Part shown: positions 40,201 to 50,400 of the stretch, one piece after another
Numbering within the stretch: the first letter of the stretch is position 1
Layout of the letters: each line of letters begins with the position of its first letter
Source of the DNA: Paraspadella gotoi
Lineage: Eukaryota; Animalia; Chaetognatha
Direction: 5' to 3'
Length of the DNA stretch: 64,000 nt
NCBI GenBank assembly: GCA_051294375.1
Contig: CM119264.1
Span: 15,587,473-15,651,472, forward strand
Notes under the pieces: model-generated
Database searches by the model: none
What the model saw: the letters and a program-made list of their open reading frames with translations, nothing else
Told to the model about the DNA's origin: nothing
Position numbers and translations under genes: made by a program

Positions 40201-43200
40201 TTATCATTAATCAAGTTAATTACTAATGATAATGCTTTTAAATTATCATATTTACCTATTTTTAAAACATTCATTCACAAAAAATATTAGTTTAGGGCTT
40301 AAGCCAGGGGTGTTAAAGAGCTAAAATTTCTAAATTGTCTTTTTTAATATTTTCAAATAATAATTTATTATTTTTTTAAGGATTACATATTTTAATCATG
40401 ATAATAAAAATATTTGAAAATTTTAAATGGTTTTTTAAGTTAATTAACATAGTTAATTAATTTTTTTATAATTAAAAGCATTAAAAACTATTGTGACCTA
40501 TTTTTAAAAAGTTTTTTTTAAAAGATTCATCTTAAAAACAAAGCAGTTCATAAAATTTTTTAATCATATAATGAAATTGTTACAACAAAGATATAATTAT
40601 TCAAATGATATCCACTATCCAGATTTTATGCGATATCGCATAGAAAATAATAATTTTGTTAATGAACTGAATAATGTTCTAGTTATAGCAATTTTACCAA
40701 AATTAAGTTAAGGGTTAGTGTTTGTTTTAACATTTGAGGTAATTGTAATTCAGGTTGAATAAGTAAAAGTGAGCATTATGATCAACAAGGTTGTTGTAGT
40801 TATACCCAACTGGAAAGTTACAGATGGGAAAAGTTTTATGGGCGATGATAGGTTCAAGGTTCATGCTTGGCCCTGGATGCAAAGCGGAGGTTATGGCTAG
40901 GGGAGGGACTTACGTGGGATGCTAGGATAGAAATGATTTATATTTTAATTAAAATTTTAATTTAGACTTTAGAAAAACTTTTTTTCATTAAAAAAATATT
41001 TGTTAACATATTCATTGTTTGATCCTTTCTTTTTGTTGTTTTTAGAGATTACAAAGAAAATTTAATGAATTTGTAACAACGATAAAAATAAAATTGTTAA
41101 CAAATTTATTAAATTTTTTGTTAACATAAATTTTTTTTATAAATCTAAAAATGTAATAAACAAGTTCAACACAATGTTTATAATTTAAACTTGTTAATAA
41201 TTTGCTAATCAAGTAAATTAATTAACAATTAACAATATTATTATATATTAAAATAGTATTTAAATGATTTTATAAATTAATTTAAATATATGAATCGGAC
41301 TATAAGAGGTAATTATTTTTAATTAATCTTTTATAATCTTAACTTACTTTTCCTTGTGTTTTTAGATTTAGTGAGAAAAACAAAACTTTGTTAAACAATT
41401 ATTTAAAGAAAAAAGTAAAAAACAATTATTTTTTAAAAATTATTGTATATTAAAGAAAAATTATTTTATTTAATAACAAAATATTTGTATATAGAGTTAA
41501 ACCAAACTATTACTCTTATCCGTACAAAATTTATATTCAGATATCATTTTTTAAATTATTTTTTAAATAAATTTATATAGTATAAAGTAAACATTTTTTT
41601 ATAGTAATATCCGAATATTATTTAAATAATTTTATCTTATAACAATTATATTTTGTGATTAAAAGTTAAAATTAATTGCTTTGGATCATAGAAGTTTTTG
41701 GGTTTTCAGTTTTAAAAAACATTATTAAATTAATTGATTAACTAAAAGCTGTGGTAAGTCGCCTCAAAGCATTTAAAGATATCAAATATTTTCATTACCA
41801 TAATTAAAATAAGTTATTTTTAAAAAAATAATAAATTATAATTTATAAATATTAAAAAAAAATATTTAAACATTTTAGCTCTTCAACACCTTGGCTTAAG
41901 CTAAAAACTAATATTTTTTTAATGAATGGTTTTAAAAACAGTTAAATAGGATAAATTAAAATCATTATCAGAAGTAATTAACTTGATTAAAGATTATTAT
42001 ATTAAAAAAATTAACTGGAAAAAGAAAAAAAATGGTGAATTTCCATATTTTGACTCTTCAACACCCCTGGCTCGGGCGAAAAAGTTTTTTTTTTAAATGA
42101 AACTTTTTTAGTTAAAAAGAGCTTGGAAAAACGAACAGAATGACACCCAGACTGGTTATCTAATTAAAACTTTGTCGGATTCAAATGTGTCTAATAAATA
42201 CAATATATGATATATGACCTCTTGTGCCTCCTGAATTTTTTGAATTTGATATATTACTATTAGCCATAGCCAATGAAATTTAAATGCTAATGTATACAGC
42301 GTTAAAATAATCTATCATGACCATAGATTATGGTATTAAAATTACTATATAGAGCAAAAAATATTTTTTTAAAATCTTAACATTTTTTGATGGATTCTGA
42401 TAGAGCATAAAAAGTTAAACATGAAATATAATTACAGCTTTCAAAAATTCTTACGTTTTCTAAGTGAAAATAAAAAAAAAATTTGGCCTTTCCTATCTAT
42501 AAATAAATATAAAAAAAATAATTACTAGGGTATAGAGCCATATTAGAAATTTTTTGTCCATTGAAAGTATTCTTAAAAATGTCTAAATATTCGTTTGAGC
42601 TTGTACTCTCTCTAAATTTTTGACTCACCCCATTGAGTGCGGCTCCCCCTAATACTATGCCCCAAGATAAAAAAAATGAAAATTCGCTCGCTCAATTTTT
42701 CCGTTCTATAGATTTTATAAAGCAGTTTGAAGCAAAAAAATTGAAAAAATAAAATTAAAAAGAATTCAGACTAAGCGCCGTGTTTATTTTCAGTAATTTT
42801 TAGTCAAGACCTTTATGGATATTCTTTATTCTGGCGGCGCTGGATAGCCCAAACACTGCAGTTTCATAAATCATCCATGGTTTTGTAATATTTACTGCGC
42901 TCCTGGTGCAAAAATTGCTAGGAACCAAAATTATCAGAAACCGCGCCCCGTCCCTCTTAACTGCCAGACGACCACCGGGCTAGAACCCCGGACATTTGGG
43001 TTGGGAGGCGAATGACTTGCCTCCGGCACCAATGGCCGCTGATGAACGGTTGGTGGATTTTTTAGTCCACCATAAGGCTTTATTTTTGTGTTGATTCTTG
43101 TTTAAGTTTTTTCATGCAAATGAAGTTTCTCCTTAAAATTTTTCCAACTGAAGTATCTCCTGCTTGAGTTTTTACATCTTTAGATATGTCTTTGACAGTT

Positions 43201-44380
43201 GGTAAGTGAGGTAAGTGAGAATCAGTCTTGGCAACATTTGTTTGAAATAAAACTGAATCAGAAATGATGGCGGTTTGGGTAGTTTGAGAAGAGGTTGAGT
43301 TAGGAAATTTTGTCCGAGTAGATTGATTGCAACTGGCCTTGGCTTTTGTGGTCTGGGTTGAAGCATTGGCTTGGGTGAAATAGGTTTGAGCTGAACTGGA
43401 GACAGATTGGGTTTTGAAAGGCAGAGGGGACAGATGTGTATTCTGCACCAAAGTAAGTAGATCCATTATATTCTTGTCCAGAAGTTTGAACTCCTAAATT
43501 TTCATATTTAAATGATAAATCATATGTTTCTTACTTAGGACTAAGCTCTGACGAAAAAAGTCAGAAGTTTTTTTAATATATTCTTATACCGGCCAATGTA
43601 GAATATTGCTATAGTTAAGTTTCAAAAAAATCCGACCATAAATATAGAAAATANNNNNNNNNNNNNNNNNNNNNNNNNACTCAGATAAAATCATTAAATA
43701 TCTCTAACAAAATGACTATTCTTCTATTATTTATGATCTCGACATTACAATTTTCTTTTCAGACAACAGCGTCCAAAAAATGTGCCTTTTGTGCCGGTTA
43801 TGTCGCGAAGACGTCTTGAACGCCTTTATGAACACCGTCGTCGCAGCCAGATGCCTAGACAACCCTCTGAAAATCAAGTAGGAATATTCATATATTCACA
43901 TTCAGTATTATCTGTTTCGTTATCCGAGACCGTCTGTGCTTTCGGTAGCGCTCCAAGTACTCTATCAAGCCACTCTAGACATCAGTCACTTTACGATCGT
44001 TTAAAACGGCTAATACCGCATTGTTTAATGTTTAGGATAACACTTGGCCGAAATGTTGTGTACCCTGACGGTCTGAGACGCTTTATGTGCATATGCTTCA
44101 TACCGTGTTTCATATGTTTTATATATTTTGAATGTGGAAATGCGATCACATGACTAGGAAGTCAATGCTTTGTAACTCTTGTCATAATAAATCAACATAA
44201 TGAATAATTTGCTAAAAGGTAAGGTGTCATTCAATGTGACAAGTGATTATGTTTATTGTTTCAACACATAAAAATACAGTCACGACATCAAAAAGTTATG
44301 CAGTAATAGTTCGAGTAATTCTTGGTTATTTCAGTAAATTCTTTACAAATAAGTGATTAACCAATAATAATAATATAATA

Positions 44381-44424
<44 letters not shown>

Positions 44425-47400
44425 TAAATAATAATAATAATAATAAATTATCATTTTTGAAAATAAAATAAGTAAGATAGGAGTCTACGTCGTTTTAGAA
44501 ATCGAGGAAGACTTTTCAATGGAGATTTTCGTTAAAATCGACTACCAAAAATGTCAACGCCCCTGGAAAAATTCGGTAAAAAATAGATGTAAAAAACTCG
44601 ATTCCGATCCTGTTATATCTGAAGGGATCGCATTTTTTTTTCTTGACAAATAAGTTATTTTGACATCAACACTATCAAATTAAATTGCAAAATCTGATTT
44701 CTCAACTTCAATACAATGTCAACGCATGTAAGGATGTTGTCATTTTACAATAAACTTCAAATTCAGGAATCCGATAGCCATATGTCTGAAGGGCTCTCAA
44801 AATTTTTCTTTACATTTTATTTAGTTATTTTAATATGATACTATGGTGGGTGAAAATCCACCAACCGTTCATCAGCGGCCATTGGTGCCGGAGGCAAGTC
44901 ATTTGCCTCCCAACCCAAAAGTCCGGGGTTCTAGCCCGGTGGTCGCCAAGCAGTTAAGAGGGACGGGCGCTTAACCCGCCTGTAACACGGTGTTACAGCC
45001 TGATCCGAAGCTCAGGGACTGCTTATATTGAACGGTTCTGTCACTAACACATAACAATAATTACTGTTTCTTCAATACCATCATGGTAAAGTGAATTAGT
45101 CCATTTTGGTGAAATTTGTATTTAAAGTAAAAGTAAAAGAGGAGCTAACGATCGGAATTTTAAGAGTTTTCAACCGGAGTCAGATTCTGGAAAAATCTTC
45201 TATGGCGAAAATCTTCAAAGAAGGGTGGATTTTCCGAAGATTTTGGTTAACGGCACCAATGGCCGCTGATGAACGGTTGGTGGATTTTCACCCACCATAG
45301 TATCATATTAAAATAACTAAATAAAATGTAAAGAAAAATTTTGAGAGCCCTTCAGACATATGGCTATCGGATTCCTGAATTTGAAGTTTATTGTAAAATG
45401 ACAACATACCTTACATGCGTTGACATTGTATTGAAGTTGAGAAATGCAGTCCATTTGAATTGGATAGTTTGATGTCAAAATAACTTATTTGTCAAGATAA
45501 AAAAAATGCGATCCCTTCAGATATAACAGGATCGGAATCGAGTTTTTACATCTATTTTTTACCCGAATTTTTCCCAGGGGCGTTGACATTGTTTGGTAGT
45601 CAGATTTTAACGAAAATCTCCATTGAAAAAGTCTTCCTCGATTTCTAAAAACGACGTAGACTCCTATCTTACTTATTTTTATTTTCAACAAAATGATAAT
45701 TTATTATCCTTAGTAATTATATAAACATTTCAGGTACTATAGAAAATCTTTGTTTACATAAGTGTTGGTAACGTGGTCTGTGGCCCTCAAAATATGACGG
45801 ATAGAGAGCTGAACTATGCATAGTCTGTCTAATTAGTTTTTGAAGTTACCTGAAATAATTGTAGATTGCCAAAGTTGTATTAATAAATCAAACAGTTGTT
45901 AAAATATTGCGTCTTACTCCCTTGAGATCTAAAAATGGAATGCACTTAATTCTCTGCCTCCTTCCCGTCTCTCTTCCTTTGTTTATCTAATTCACTAAAT
46001 GTTTACAAAATAGGAGCCGAGCTCGGAGAATCTACAGGATATTAAACTTTGAAACTAAGAAAATTTAGAGAGACAAAATTTGAATGAAAGTTAATTACTA
46101 AATTGGAGGCTAATTTAAATATTACTAACATAAGAAACATAATTCAATCTTTTCTCTTTCAGAATCTTTATTTTTTTTTTTTTTAAATACGGCCAAGTAA
46201 TTTTAAATTTAATTTAATTTCAAAAGTTGTTATACTTTTGACTAAGATTCTGATACAGAATAAAAAAAAATCCTTTGAAACGTTTGAGAAAAATTATATG
46301 GAAAAGATGCTCCATAATCAGTCTCATCGTTCTATCATTTTTGGTTCAAAAGATATCAAATCAAATCAATTTTTAGTCGGATCTGCTTTCAGCTTTCAGC
46401 AGATCCCGACTCTATAATTCACTTTGTCGGTCCGTCGGTCCGCCCCCTCAATCTTGTCGGGCATTCACTTATATCATGTCAGAACATCGAATTAGGATAA
46501 ATTATGCAAAAAAAACAATGTCTGTCCGTCTGTCCGTCCGTCCCACCTTAGCAAAAAACACCAATTACTTGTGATTGGATGGATGGATTGGAATAAAATT
46601 TTGTGTGTGGGTAGGGAAGTGTGTGATTGAGCTGGATATGAAGTTTCGATGGAATCGTCCGAGTGGAAATGAGTTTAAATGGAAAAAACAAAAAAATATA
46701 TTTAACTATTTGAAATTTTGTATTTGGGTAGAAAAGTGTGTGATTAAACTGGAAATCAAGTTTCGATGGAATCGTTTGAGTGGAAATTAGTTTAAATGGA
46801 AAAAACAAAGAACCTGTTTCACTAATTGATTATGCTTCTTTTTCTTTTTATTTTAAATGTAAATGCAAGATGTATTAATTAATCAAATAATTAATTAGTT
46901 AATTAATCAATTAGTCAATTAATTAATCAATAATTAATTAATCAGTTAATCAATCAAAACAAACATTTTGGATCAATTTAATTGCATAATTATTAATTAA
47001 TTAAATAATTAACTTGAATAAATTCATTAATTAATTAAATAATTAATTATTAATTAATTAATTACCGATAATGATCGTTGGCAGATCCGACATTGTTTGC
47101 TCAAACTTGTTTCATTACCAATTAAGTCAATTGGCCGGAGCTAAAAATTGAAGTGGAATCAAAAAGAAAATTTAACGAACTCAGATTTGTTTTAAAAATT
47201 GGGCGTGAAAAATGAACATTTTTTGTAGATTATTTTTCAATGCGTGAATCGATTGATTTGAAATGTTGCATCAACAATATTGACATCATTTCCTATCAGT
47301 AAATGTAAAAATATTTAAAATAACATTGTAAACGACCAGGTAACTTGTCTGTCTAACCGTTGTTAGGGATTTGCAGTATTCGACAAAATTTTTATTTCTC

Positions 47401-50400
47401 TATCGGCCGAAAAATAATAGGGAATTTGATACCACAATATTTGAAATATTTACTGTATGGAAAATACTGAAAAGAAAAATTTTACTTTTTGAATATAGGT
47501 AGTGCAAGCGTAAGTCTAACAAAAAATTGAAAAAGAATATTTTAAATAATAAAAATATTAGAATAGTACAGAAAGCAATATTTCTTTTTATTGTAGCGCA
47601 AAAACTAGGCTTTCCTCGCAAAACCTCTGGTTACAGGATATGCAAATGTATTTTCTTTCAACAAATTGATCATTGCTAATTCCCAAAAATGCGCCAGCAG
47701 CAGTTCTGGCGATAGTCATTTTATATAATCTTTCCTACTGTATATTAAGGCCTGTGAAAAATCAATATGTATGAAACTGATATAATATATTTATTAGATT
47801 TAAGATTTATCGTGCCTTTTTTCTGCTTACAATCATTCCCTCCTTTGCTAAATATACATGAATACCTGTAATTATTATAATGGGTAATTTCTTTATTATA
47901 GTCTTTATTTTTAACCAATTTCAAACATAAACCTAAAGAACCAATATCTGATACTTTTAGTAAAATTGGTCCACTAGCTTTTACATGGTGTTTCTTTGTT
48001 TCTTTTTATCTAGGATTTGAGATTTATTTTCGGTATTTGGTTTTTCTATGATTTTAAAGAAATAAAACCGAAAAATAATTGACTTAGAATCTGAGATTGT
48101 ATAAAAATAAAAGACAAAATAAAAGGGAGGAAAAGGAAAGAGATGAGGGGATTGAGTGGCGCAGTTTTACGTCAATTTATTCCATTCTATGATAGAGCAT
48201 GTTAACTTTTAAGTTTTTATATGGTTTTCTGATTATTTTACGCCATTCTAAGCCAAACCTGTATAAAAAAATGGTGGATAAATCTTTAACGCAACTTAAC
48301 TGAATAGTTTTGATTAGAAAATAAACTAAAAACCTTTACGCCACAAAATTAAATAGTAGTTATATGGTTTCTTGATCATTTTACGCCATTCTACGCCACA
48401 TCATTATAAAAAAATGCCGGATAAATCTTTAAAACCACTTAACTGAATAGCTTTTACCAGAAAATAATCAGAAAGTCTTTACGCCACATCATGATATCAT
48501 ATTAAACGGTTTTACCTTCCTTTCACGCCATTTTACGCCACAATTTCTTTCCGAATTTAAATATATAAATTTACATTTATTTAACTTGATAAATTTTAAA
48601 AATTTCATTTGAAAAATCATAAACGCTACATATTTAAATAGAAAATAATACGTTTTGGCGTAGTTTTTACGCCACCAGCGCCAACAAAAATGTAAAAAAA
48701 AAGAAATCAAAGCTGAATGCAATACTACAATATATTCTTAATTAGAAAAAAGCGTTTTTAAAAATTTTAGTTGAATATCCTTGACAGCAGTAACGAGGCA
48801 GGAAGATAACTGCAAATTGACGTCATTCAGTTGGCGTAATTCCCATATTTAAAAAACAAACTGCCAATTAATGATTAAAGTACACTTCGTAAGGCTTAAT
48901 ATAAGATTTAAATCAATCGAATGAAGAAAAAAAGTATGGTGGACTAAAATTCATCAGCGGCCATTGGTGCCGGAGTCAAGTTATTCGCCTCCCAACCCAA
49001 AGTTCCGGGTTTCTAGCCCGGTGGTCGTCTGGCAGTTAAGAGGAACGGGGCGCTTAACATGGTGTTACAGCCTGATCCGAAGCTCAGGGACTGCTTATAT
49101 CGAACGGTTCTATCATTAACACATATAAATAATCACTGTCTCTTCAAAAGTATTTTTAAAATTTTTGGGCAATACCCTACCGTTGTTTTTAAACAATGAA
49201 AAATCTTTGCATCTAAAAGATAAATCTAGAAATATTTTTAACTTTATGATTTTTAAAAGATACGTCTCCAAAATATAAAGCGGACTACTTGTTGTTTTCA
49301 ACCTTTTATACAGAATCAATGGAAGAAACTTCGACTTTGGTGGACGCTTTTCTTCGATTTGTGGAGGTGTTAAACCGCCTGCGTCGTCCTCTACGGAAGC
49401 CAAACAAGTTCATCCATAGCCTCTCTGTGGGATCTCCTCGCCGAGTCTCGGCCCCTCTTTTCGGTTTAACCCAGGTGGCCGTTCGACCTTCGCGTAGACT
49501 AAGTCAAGCGACACCTCCTTGGTTTACTGACGACGCAACATCTTTGCTCTCCCCAAACCTTTTATCAATAACCGAGGCTTCTTCCCCATCTTGCTCCGCG
49601 GCCAATTCTCCGGATGAACGCCAGAACAGGTTTAATTACCAAAATTTTGCCTTTTAGTAGTTTGCTGTCAATATTTATGTACAAATTACTCCTCTCTGTC
49701 CTCAGCGAATCTGACTTTTTATTTCCTCGATCTTCTTCTCTCAAAGAATGTTCGGCGGTGAAAACTGATGTCTCTTCCTCAGCACTCCCCCGTCTTCATA
49801 TTCATTCGGCAGCGTCTGAAATTTTAGACGCTTTCTGCTCTGCAACCGACGGTGTTAGCTTTTTACCTCGCCGACAAACTCAGGGCGGTGCGCTCGACTT
49901 GCCTGACAAGTGCTTTGTCTCGGCTGAAGCTGTGGACTGGGCTTGCGGACGCATCGACGGAGTTGACTCCATAGTAAGCGCCATCAATCTCTTTCAACGT
50001 TTTTTGGATGAGAGTTTGATTTTTCATTTGAGTGGTGGATTAGAATTTGTCTTTGGCACCTATTTTTACCACGTTGGCGATGGCAAAGATGTCAACAAAG
50101 ACTTAACGGCATCGTTTTGCGAGCTTTTGGAAGTCGCACTCGACTTAAGTTCTGGCGGCACTTTGGAAGATCAACGTCGTGATGAACGTATTAAAGTACC
50201 GCGGTTTTTATGGCCTCGTCTGCGTCAGACGGGCCCCTGGGCAGGGTCGGACCCATCTTCAGTTGCTTCGTTATCGAAGCACAGCTTAAGAAAACCCTCG
50301 ACTGAATCTGAAATATATTCGTCTTCACGTCAGCAACGGTCGCCAAAGCGCCAATGGAAGCAACAGCAAACTAGCTACAAGAACATCAATATCGATCCAG

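Noticed and set aside
43763-43881. Extra DEPDC5 coding exon with a GA donor (GTAG|gaatat)
   Set aside because: Entry phase does not match the long frame; exon ending 38912 joins 49314 directly and gives the conserved spacing
44875-44946. Functional tRNA-Gly gene (likewise tRNA-like heads near 9030-9107 and 57033-57109)
   Set aside because: Anticodon stems do not pair and the heads are embedded in longer dispersed repeats; treated as SINE-like
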